This document shows, piece after piece, positions 49,958 to 58,225 of a stretch of 64,000 bases of DNA. Origin of the DNA: Candidatus Obscuribacterales bacterium (lineage in GTDB: Bacteria; Cyanobacteriota; Vampirovibrionia; Obscuribacterales; Obscuribacteraceae); the NCBI GenBank assembly GCA_965228855.1, contig CBDDIJ010000002.1, positions 1,536,001-1,600,000 of the forward strand, given 5' to 3'. The position numbers were made by a program, and so were the translations under genes. Every line of letters begins with the position of its first letter. The stretch's first letter is position 1. Below the pieces are notes generated by a model. It was not told where the DNA came from. It saw only the letters and a program-made list of their open reading frames with translations, and searched no databases.

Positions 49958-51295
49958 GTGAAATCCGTTATGGTTATCGAACAAAAACACTTAGAAACAG
50001 TAGGTTTCAAGCGTAGTCAAACATCTTCAGAGCACTACGAACAGATCGCAGCTCAAGCTCTGCCGAACTCAATAAATCACTTGAACCCGGCGTACAAGCA
50101 CAAGCTTTGCGGCGCGGAAGGTGCAGTAGAGTTCCGTGATGAGGGTGTTTATACCTACGACAATCACGGCAAGCGATACCTCGACTGTCTCGGTGGTTAT
50201 GGAATTTTCAACGTCGGTCATAGACATCCGAAAGTCATCAACGCCGTCAAAGCACAGCTGGACCAGGTATGCTTGCACAGTCAGGACTTGCTCAACCCAT
50301 GGGCCGGTCACCTGGCAAAGCAACTTTCCGATATCACCCCCGGTGATCTCCAGTATTCGTTCTTCTGTAATAGCGGAACCGAAGCTGTGGAAGGCGCTAT
50401 AAAACTGGCTCGCCTGGCGACCGGTAAGTCTGAAATTATCTCAACGAAGAACGCTTATCACGGTGTGAGTTTGGGCGCGCTATCCGCAACGGGTCGCGAC
50501 TGCTTCAGACAACCATTCGAGCCTCTTCTGAATGGCTTCTCTCATGTGGCTTTCGGCGACATTGAAGCTCTGGCTGCTGCTATCACCGACAACACGGCTG
50601 CAGTAATTTTGGAGCCCATTCAAGGTGAGGGTGGTATCAATGTGCCACCAGCAGGTTACTTGAAGAAGGTTCGGAAGCTGACCAAAGAACGCGGCGTACT
50701 GCTGATTCTTGACGAGGTTCAAACTGGTATGGGACGCACGGGTCGCATGTTTGCATGTGAACATGAAGGTGTTGTTCCGGACATCATGTGTCTTGCGAAA
50801 GCTCTCGGTGGCGGTGTTATGCCTATCGGTGCATTTATCTCGACGCCTGAAATCTGGCAAGTTCTCGAGCCAAACCCGAGCATCCACAACTCGACATTCG
50901 GTGGTAACCCGCTCGCTTGTAGCGCAGCGTCCGCGACAATCGAAGTTTTGATGGAAGAAAATCTTCCTGCTAGATCCGCAGTTATGGGTAACTACTTCAT
51001 CACTTCTCTAAAAGAATTGATGGCGAAATATCCGCAATACATCTCGGATGTTCGCGGACGTGGTTTGCTCATCGGTCTCGAATTCAAAACAATTGAAGCC
51101 AGAACCGGCGTCCAACACGAACTTTTCCATCGCGGTGTCCTCGTCGCAGGAACCATGAACGCCAACCGCACGGTTCGCATCGAGCCGCCGTTGACCATCA
51201 CCCGTCCACAAATTGATCTCATGATCAGAACTCTGGAAGGAATTTTGAGTGATCTGGCTGAGGGCACGCTCGAAATGGAAGGCGTTGAAGCCTAA
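49958..51295 (+). CDS. patA: class III PLP aminotransferase, putrescine aminotransferase-like
   Basis: DCLGGYGIFNVGHRHP, LHSQDLLNP, FCNSGTEAVE, DEVQTGMGRTG, AKALGGG, RIEPPL; AAGGA RBS. Confidence 0.85.
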   Translation: MKSVMVIEQKHLETVGFKRSQTSSEHYEQIAAQALPNSINHLNPAYKHKLCGAEGAVEFRDEGVYTYDNHGKRYLDCLGGYGIFNVGHRHPKVINAVKAQLDQVCLHSQDLLNPWAGHLAKQLSDITPGDLQYSFFCNSGTEAVEGAIKLARLATGKSEIISTKNAYHGVSLGALSATGRDCFRQPFEPLLNGFSHVAFGDIEALAAAITDNTAAVILEPIQGEGGINVPPAGYLKKVRKLTKERGVLLILDEVQTGMGRTGRMFACEHEGVVPDIMCLAKALGGGVMPIGAFISTPEIWQVLEPNPSIHNSTFGGNPLACSAASATIEVLMEENLPARSAVMGNYFITSLKELMAKYPQYISDVRGRGLLIGLEFKTIEARTGVQHELFHRGVLVAGTMNANRTVRIEPPLTITRPQIDLMIRTLEGILSDLAEGTLEMEGVEA

Positions 51296-51334
51296 TAAAC
51301 TCAAAACCTAGTCTTTTCACGATAACCAGACAGT

Positions 51335-51368
51335 GGGCGGTTCAGCGGAGCCGCCCTTTGTCCTTTTA
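51335..51368 (+). terminator. intrinsic terminator
   Basis: GGGCGGTTC-AGCG-GAGCCGCCC followed by TTTGTCCTTTT. Confidence 0.75.
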
Positions 51369-51436
51369 GATTTGTTTTGCGCTGTAGCGTTGAACAAACC
51401 TTATTCGGTCACCAGTGATAAACTCTTCTTTGGTCC

Positions 51437-51509
51437 GGGCGATTGGCGCAGTTGGTAGCGCAGCAGTATCACACATTGAAGGTCGGGGGTTCGAATCCCT
51501 CATCGCCCA
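51437..51509 (+). tRNA. tRNA-Val(CAC)
   Basis: GGGCGAT/ATCGCCC acceptor stem, GCGC D-stem, anticodon loop AT-CAC-AC, GGTTCGAATCC; 73 nt, CCA not encoded. Confidence 0.92.
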
Positions 51510-51739
51510 AATTCTTCAAAAAAATGCAAAAGTGTTACCTATGTCTCCGGAACGATCTGTTTCCTGTGTTTCGGGGCACTCAAAACAATTCACCCTGGAT
51601 TCGTAAAATCCCCATTTAACACGCAACCGTTAATTGCTATGTTGCTGGAACATTCGCTCGCACTGCTGCCAATTTAATTGCTCAGACACCCCAAATTGGT
51701 GCGTGCTCAACGCTGCTTATTTCACTACGGGTGCAGATT

Positions 51740-52915
51740 ATGGTTGATAAATTTGAGGCGCCGTCGAAGGCGCTTGAGTCTCACGCGGCTGAATTTCAAT
51801 TACAGGCACAGCGTGAGAGTTTTGCAAACGCTGACAAGGGTTTTGTAAGTGGTATCGTAGATAGTGCTATCGATGCCTGGCAGAATCCTGTCAAGACGGG
51901 AGCCAAGGTCGGGACTGGTCTGGCTCTTGGAGCCGCAATCCAAGCGGGTTTGAACAATACCGAGATGATGGGCGGCAAGATCGGCACCGCCGCCAAGGTC
52001 GCTAAGATCGCTCTGGTAGCTGGAACGGGTTTGGTCGCTGCCGCTGATGTTGTTACGTCGGACAAGCCGGGTGAAGCGCTTGGTCACATGGCGTTCGACT
52101 CTGGATTATTTTTGGGAGCTGCGAAGTTAGGCACATTGGCTGATCGAGTTCCTGGAGGAAGCCAGTTACTTGGTCCGCGAGCAACTTCTGAAGTTCCGAA
52201 AGGCTTGAAGTTCGATGTTCGCGGTGAGCAGGCCCGAGTTGATGCAAACATGCTCGAATATGGGGCATATCAGGTCCGGCTCGCGAATGGCAAGGGATTT
52301 GCGTTTCATTCATCCGGTGACAAGGTTGTTCCTCTGCGCGAGATGCCGCTAAGCCTCGCGGGCAAGGGAAACATTGAATATGCGCCAAGAACGACGACTC
52401 TTACAACTGAGTCCGGGCAGAAATTCGTTAGAGACAATGAATTTGGTTCTATTTCCACGAAGATAGGCGAAGACACACTATCTACGACGGGTGGTAAAGC
52501 CTTTCACATGGAGCGACGAGTTGACGGACGATATGAGTCTGTTAGTTGGAACGCCGACGGCTCCGCACACGTGAGACGCGGAAATTATTCATCTGGTCAA
52601 GATTGGTCATTCGCTGCTGACGGGTCTGTTTCGATGAGGAGCTTGCCTCATGGAAAATATCGCATGAACTTTGGTCCGAATGGAGAAGGTATTTCCAGTA
52701 CCGCCCATGGTACCAGTCGCGGAATAGCCGGATTGGTTGGGCCTCGCTCAAGATATGCTCCGCTCACACGCACCGATAGAGAAGTGCAATTGAAGGATGT
52801 AAACGCACCGTCAGTGGTGCTGCCGAGCGCTGAGTCAAGGAACGCGCTAGTGGATGTTAAGCGCATCCTGGACGATCTGTCAGGCGGTGCGGAGCGCCGC
52901 GGATATCGCTCGTAG
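51740..52915 (+). CDS. hypothetical protein (Gly/Ala-rich hydrophobic N-region, beta-rich C-region)
   Basis: Long ORF with no recognisable motif. Confidence 0.75.
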   Translation: MVDKFEAPSKALESHAAEFQLQAQRESFANADKGFVSGIVDSAIDAWQNPVKTGAKVGTGLALGAAIQAGLNNTEMMGGKIGTAAKVAKIALVAGTGLVAAADVVTSDKPGEALGHMAFDSGLFLGAAKLGTLADRVPGGSQLLGPRATSEVPKGLKFDVRGEQARVDANMLEYGAYQVRLANGKGFAFHSSGDKVVPLREMPLSLAGKGNIEYAPRTTTLTTESGQKFVRDNEFGSISTKIGEDTLSTTGGKAFHMERRVDGRYESVSWNADGSAHVRRGNYSSGQDWSFAADGSVSMRSLPHGKYRMNFGPNGEGISSTAHGTSRGIAGLVGPRSRYAPLTRTDREVQLKDVNAPSVVLPSAESRNALVDVKRILDDLSGGAERRGYRS

Positions 52916-53014
52916 AAATGCGATAACGGTTTCCTTTCAGGACCGGTTTATCGTTATTGCGTCGAGCACCGTTGCACAACGCGGCCGCACAAACGCCGGT
53001 GCGTCGAAACGCTT

Positions 53015-54607
53015 TTACATCAAAACGCCGACTACATCTTCGACCGCTGCCAGAAACTCGCCGGAATCGATCAGATGAAAGGCAGTCTCTATGTCGGTTT
53101 TGATCAATCTGTCTTTAGCTAGGTGGGAGATGTGTTCGCGGACAAAAGTATGCGCTGCTTCGACACCTTTGCCTGGTGGTTGGCTCTTGGTTTCAATTCC
53201 CTCTGGAGCAAAGGCTTGACTGTCCCTGCGCATATTGTAGCCAGTGCGCAAATCCAGTCCCTGAGCGGCACAAAGGAGTTCTATAGCCAAAACATATTTC
53301 AGGTTTTTCAAAATGGAACGGGCTTTGCGTGCGCCAATCGTTCCCATGGAAACGTGGTCTTCCTGGTTTGCCGATGTTGGAATCGAGTCGACGCTTGCCG
53401 GGTGAGCCAGGCTCTTGTTCTCGGAAACGAGCGCGGCAGCCGTATATTGAGCAATCATAAATCCTGAGTTCAGTCCGCCGTTCAAGATCAAAAATGGTGG
53501 CAAACCATTCGACAACGATGGGTTTACCATGCGTTCTGTTCTTCGCTCTGAAATATTCGCAAGTTCGGCGAGTGAGGCGGCTACGTAGTCCATGACGAGT
53601 GCGACCGGCTGACCATGGAAGTTGCCGGCTGAAATTACACCGCTGTCAAAGATCAGCGGATTGTCAGTCGCGGAGTTTATTTCTGTTTCGAGCACGACTC
53701 GCGCATGATCGAGCGCTTGCCGACTGGCTCCGTGAACCTGAGGCATGCAACGCAAGGAGTAGGCGTCCTGCACCATGCCGCAGTTCTTGTGGCTTTCCAT
53801 CAGGTCGCTATCCTGTACTAACAAACGCAAGTTGCGTGCAGACGCCATTTGTCCTTTGTGAGGGCGGATTTTGTGAACTTGCGGGTCGAAGGCTTTCTTC
53901 GTTCCCAGCAGGGCTTCCAGGCTCATGGCTCCGATGATGTCTGCAATTTTTGCAATGTTGAGCGCCTCTTTTAAGACGAGTGAACCGATAGCGGTCATCA
54001 CTTGGGTCCCGTTAGTGAGCGCCAGTCCTTCTTTGGCCTGGAGAATCACGGGACGCAGCCCCGCACGGGTCAGGGCTTCGCGACCCTCGTAAAACTTTCC
54101 TTTGTATTCGGCTTCGCCTTCGCCGATGAGGACAAGGGCGAGATGCGCCAGTGGGGCAAGGTCGCCGGAGGCGCCAACTGAGCCTTGCTCGGGAATAAGC
54201 GGATGGACGCCGCTGTTTAACATCTCAATGAGCAGTTGAACGACTCGATGGCGTATGCCGGAGAATCCCTTGGCTAGTGCGTTGGCGCGGAGCAGCATGG
54301 TCGCGCGGGTTTCCGGGACTGACAAATTAGGACCGACGCCAACAGCATGGCTCAGCAGGAAGTTTCTTTGCAGTTTCAAGCTGTCTTCCGGCGGGATATA
54401 AACGTCCTTGAACTTCCCAAAGCCAGTCGTGATGCCGTATACAACCTGTCGCTCATTGAGCATCTGCTCGACCCGGTTGCGGCTATCCTTTATTTGAATG
54501 ACGGTTTGTTGCGAGAGGTCGACTTCGACCTCTCCGGCTGCAACCGCTGCCACGTCCTCGAGGGACAAACTGTTTCCGTCAATGAATAGTGTTTCGGGCT
54601 TACTCAC
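53015..54607 (-). CDS. hutH: histidine ammonia-lyase
   Basis: YGITTGFG, LSHAVGVG (SH substrate residues of HAL), GSVGASGDLAPL (MIO), QDAYSLRC, SANQEDHVSMG. Confidence 0.95.
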   Translation of the reverse strand: MSKPETLFIDGNSLSLEDVAAVAAGEVEVDLSQQTVIQIKDSRNRVEQMLNERQVVYGITTGFGKFKDVYIPPEDSLKLQRNFLLSHAVGVGPNLSVPETRATMLLRANALAKGFSGIRHRVVQLLIEMLNSGVHPLIPEQGSVGASGDLAPLAHLALVLIGEGEAEYKGKFYEGREALTRAGLRPVILQAKEGLALTNGTQVMTAIGSLVLKEALNIAKIADIIGAMSLEALLGTKKAFDPQVHKIRPHKGQMASARNLRLLVQDSDLMESHKNCGMVQDAYSLRCMPQVHGASRQALDHARVVLETEINSATDNPLIFDSGVISAGNFHGQPVALVMDYVAASLAELANISERRTERMVNPSLSNGLPPFLILNGGLNSGFMIAQYTAAALVSENKSLAHPASVDSIPTSANQEDHVSMGTIGARKARSILKNLKYVLAIELLCAAQGLDLRTGYNMRRDSQAFAPEGIETKSQPPGKGVEAAHTFVREHISHLAKDRLIKTDIETAFHLIDSGEFLAAVEDVVGVLM

Positions 54608-54977
54608 GGCGATTGTTACCTGAATGTGATCGGTTCGGGTTCGTGTGCTCTCCCGCGCGCAATAAACATTTGCGGCGGTTGCAACGCTTCTGACTTCATG
54701 TGAAAGCGTAACATCTATAAGAGTAAGGATTCTAAAAAAAATCCATGCGGCACCGCCTAAAATGTTTTTCTGAATCGTGGAAACAAAGGTAGGCTGGGGC
54801 CGTCTTAGCAGTTACCGGCGATGCCAAGAGAATTTCGAAAGCCGTGTGAGAAATCCAGGGTTTTTCCGGCTCCGTGCCAGGAAAAATCAGGGACTTGATG
54901 AAAGGACCTACATGGTAAGATGGCTGTGAAGGCTTTGGCTGGCAAGCGTGACCAAGAAATGTCGGTGTGATGCGGAA

Positions 54978-56747
54978 ATGAATACGAAGCTCTCCTTCAA
55001 ATTGAATCAGCGTATTGTGAGGCTAACGGAAAGAAAATTTCCGCGCGCTGTTTCATTGTCCATGGTGGCACTGGCGGTGGCAGTTTCCGTGACGATGCCC
55101 GCCGCATGGGCCGCTGACGATGGCAACGATTTTGACAAATTAGAACGCAAGCTGTTGCACGTGACTTACCCGAAAGAGACATCTGACCAGCGGCTCGACC
55201 GTCTGGAGAAAACCGTTTTCGGCGAAACGCGCGACGGATCCGACCGGGAGCGTATCGACCGTCTGATGAGTTTGATGCCTCAGGACGATCCTGCTCCGAG
55301 CACTGCCCGCAGTGGCGGCACAAGAACCGGTGGCGGATCTGAAAACGCGGGGGCGAATTCGAAACCCAGCACGGCGAGCAGCAAACCGGCACCTGAGTCG
55401 CGTGACGATGATGGTACTGAGTACCCGGCAGTCAGCGCGATCGAGAAGAAACTATTCGGTCAAGAATTTACGCACGAACCCGTTGAGACGCGTTTGACAC
55501 GTCTTGAGAAGAAGGCATTTGGCAAACAGTCTTCATCAAACGATCTGGTGGATCGGATGGACGCACTCAAGGCGAAGACTGGAATTGACATAGCCCGTCA
55601 GCCATCTGCCGGTACGGACTGGAACGATGAAGATGAGGATGATACAGACTATCCGGAGCCTTCGTCCCCGATTAGTCGCCGATATCCTGGCGTCTCGCCA
55701 CAAGATTCAGGGCGTTCGTTTTCCGGTCGTGACGTGGGCGGTGACCTCAATCGCGCTTTCGGTCGGTCCGGAAGCAGTGGAAGCTACGGCGGCGGAAGTG
55801 GTGCCTACGGCATGGGTGGCGGCGGAATGAGTTCGTCCAGCGGGTCTGGCTCGTATGGTTTTGGCGGCGGCAGTTCCGGTCTATACGGTGGTGGTTCCCG
55901 GGCTGGGATGAAGTCCAGCGGTTACGGCAGTCCGTCGAATAACCGTTTTGGAAGCCCGAAAATTCCAACGACATCTCCCGATGACGATGACGACGATAGA
56001 ATAGCGTATACTCCACGGACGGCTCCGGCGCCCAGAAGTAGTCAGATGCCGCCTACCGCGCCATCCAGAGGTGTCGCGGGTTCGCAGGCGTCCTCGAGTG
56101 CCGGTGGTCTCACTGTTCAGCTAGACGCACTCGAGTCCCAGGTCCTTGGCAAAACCTATCAAGAGCCGATGATGCAACGTCTCGACCGTCTCGAGAATAT
56201 CGTATTTCCTAATGATAAAACGGCGAAGTCTCGCCCTCCTGCTGAGCGCATAGCTCGAATCTCGAGTGTTCTGGGTGGTTCAACCCCGATAGCTCAAAGC
56301 CAACAAAGCAATAACCCGGACGTAACTGGCTATGCCGATCAAAGTCAGATGGGTGACCCGCAGATTGCGCAACAGTCGCAACGTCGCAAAGGTGGTGGTT
56401 TGGGCGGAATAATCAATTCGCTCGGCAACTTCCTGGGCGGTGGCATGGCAGGAATGTCGGTGGGAAGCTACCCTATGCAATCGGGCGGGTTAGTCACAGA
56501 CCCATCTACGGGCTATCTGCTCGATCAATATTCCGGCAACTTGATCAATCCGACGACCGGAGCGATCATGGGGCGCAGAGCGGTGGGAGGCTATGGCTAT
56601 GGCTCCGTGCCAAACTACGGGATGAATTTCAACAACGGTTTCTCGAATCCATACATAAATCCGATGTACTCCAATCCAATGTATGGTATCGGGGGTAGTG
56701 GCATGCGGTTCGGCACTGGTGGAATTCGCTTTGGCGGCGGCTTTTAA
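54978..56747 (+). CDS. secreted hypothetical protein with three helical 'RLxRLE' repeat domains and Gly-rich regions
   Basis: Signal peptide (…PAAWA); three copies of about 45 aa; start uncertain. Confidence 0.8.
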   Translation: MNTKLSFKLNQRIVRLTERKFPRAVSLSMVALAVAVSVTMPAAWAADDGNDFDKLERKLLHVTYPKETSDQRLDRLEKTVFGETRDGSDRERIDRLMSLMPQDDPAPSTARSGGTRTGGGSENAGANSKPSTASSKPAPESRDDDGTEYPAVSAIEKKLFGQEFTHEPVETRLTRLEKKAFGKQSSSNDLVDRMDALKAKTGIDIARQPSAGTDWNDEDEDDTDYPEPSSPISRRYPGVSPQDSGRSFSGRDVGGDLNRAFGRSGSSGSYGGGSGAYGMGGGGMSSSSGSGSYGFGGGSSGLYGGGSRAGMKSSGYGSPSNNRFGSPKIPTTSPDDDDDDRIAYTPRTAPAPRSSQMPPTAPSRGVAGSQASSSAGGLTVQLDALESQVLGKTYQEPMMQRLDRLENIVFPNDKTAKSRPPAERIARISSVLGGSTPIAQSQQSNNPDVTGYADQSQMGDPQIAQQSQRRKGGGLGGIINSLGNFLGGGMAGMSVGSYPMQSGGLVTDPSTGYLLDQYSGNLINPTTGAIMGRRAVGGYGYGSVPNYGMNFNNGFSNPYINPMYSNPMYGIGGSGMRFGTGGIRFGGGF

Positions 56748-56751
56748 TTAG

Positions 56752-57678
56752 GTGTCAGCACAGAAGCTGATGTTGGTTTTAGGTGCCACTGGATTCCTTG
56801 GCCGACTTGTTGTTGAGCGAATGTTGAAACTCAATTATCCTCTTCGCGTAGTGACGCGAGGTGGTGGAGATTGGCAGAATTCCGTCGTTTCGACTCTACG
56901 ACATAAAGGTGTGGACGTCATCATTGGCAACGTTACCGACGAGGCGACAATCGAGAAAGCTGTTGACGGAACATCAGCGATAGTCAACATGGCCGGCTCC
57001 TTTGCAGAGACCGGCGGTGTTTCATATGAGTCCCTGAATACCGACGTTGTTAAGTGGCTCATCAAATACGGCTCGGCTGCAAAAGTGCAGCGACTTATTC
57101 ATCTGAGTTGTCTGGGGGCGCATAAGGACTCAGATTCGCGATACTACCGTGCTAAGTGGAAAGGTGAGAAAGCGGTTCGAAATTGCGATTTGTACTGGAC
57201 TGTCTTTCGACCATCATTTATGTTCGGCGACAGTTTTCCGCTGTTGGATTACCTCAAGCCTGTTTTCACCTTCAAACTATTCCTGCCTGTTATCGGTAGT
57301 GGAACCAACACAATTCAACCTGTGTTTGTTCAGGATGTCGCGGATTGCCTTGTGCAGAGCATTTACTCGCGCGAAACCGTTGGTAAAACCTTTGATCTCG
57401 TCGGTCCCGAAGAGTACACTATGCTCGAATTGCTGGAGATGTCGCGAGATGCGCTTGGTTTGAGCGGTTCAACGATGAATTTTTCGGCCGACATCAGCGG
57501 CAAAACGCTTGGAATGATGGCGAAAGCGTTGCCGAATTCGATTCTGAATAACGAGCTCGTCGGTCTAATGGGAGATGACAGCTTTGGCTCGCAAGAGGAG
57601 ATGCTTGCCAACTTTCAGGTGCAAAATGTTTCTCTCCAGCAATATTTTCCGAGTATCGTCGATTCGCTTGATAAATGA
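56752..57678 (+). CDS. NAD(P)-dependent epimerase/dehydratase, NDUFA9-like atypical SDR
   Basis: VLGATGFLG, S.LGA, Y...KW.GE, RPS..FG, QPVFV.DVA. Confidence 0.88.
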   Translation: MSAQKLMLVLGATGFLGRLVVERMLKLNYPLRVVTRGGGDWQNSVVSTLRHKGVDVIIGNVTDEATIEKAVDGTSAIVNMAGSFAETGGVSYESLNTDVVKWLIKYGSAAKVQRLIHLSCLGAHKDSDSRYYRAKWKGEKAVRNCDLYWTVFRPSFMFGDSFPLLDYLKPVFTFKLFLPVIGSGTNTIQPVFVQDVADCLVQSIYSRETVGKTFDLVGPEEYTMLELLEMSRDALGLSGSTMNFSADISGKTLGMMAKALPNSILNNELVGLMGDDSFGSQEEMLANFQVQNVSLQQYFPSIVDSLDK

Positions 57679-57824
57679 CCGCTCACAGTCGGCACTGATG
57701 GGAGTTTCGTCCGTCGGACGCAGAGGTTTTTAACCAGGTTGATTGACTCTTAATGTTTTTTCGCCTGAGGTCCTAGTATGCTAGGTCGTGATTTTGTCTA
57801 GTTGGAACTGCCGGGGGATTCTCG

Positions 57825-58154
57825 ATGATCAGGCTCAGTAAACCTGTCAAGCTGCTTGAGTGGGGCGAAGGCACGAACACGACCAATCAACGCTGGATTG
57901 AAATGGGCACTGGCACAATCGTCGGTAAGCCTAAAACCGTTTCAGGCATCACCACTGTGGTTGTCGAACTCAATAGCAGCGATGTGAAAAAGACGAACGC
58001 CAGTGACGACACAATCAAGATTGCACAAGTCGGCGAGGCGATGACGCCCCTGTCAGAAGTTCTCTGGGGCGAAGTTGGTTATGGACGTTTGAAAAGCATT
58101 AGCGGAAAGAACGTCGAGGTCGAACTGAAGGTTGCCGTGAAGGTTGGCAGATAG
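57825..58154 (+). CDS. small beta-rich hypothetical protein
   Basis: GGGGGA RBS, internal two-fold repeat. Confidence 0.8.
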   Translation: MIRLSKPVKLLEWGEGTNTTNQRWIEMGTGTIVGKPKTVSGITTVVVELNSSDVKKTNASDDTIKIAQVGEAMTPLSEVLWGEVGYGRLKSISGKNVEVELKVAVKVGR

Positions 58155-58225
58155 CCGTTTAAGCGTGCATTGAAGAAAAACTGAAGTCCGCCAGTTTCGC
58201 GTCTTGGTGCTGATAGACTCACTAA

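Noticed and set aside
51510..52915. Integrated element at tRNA-Val
   Set aside because: No integrase and no duplicated tRNA 3' end found
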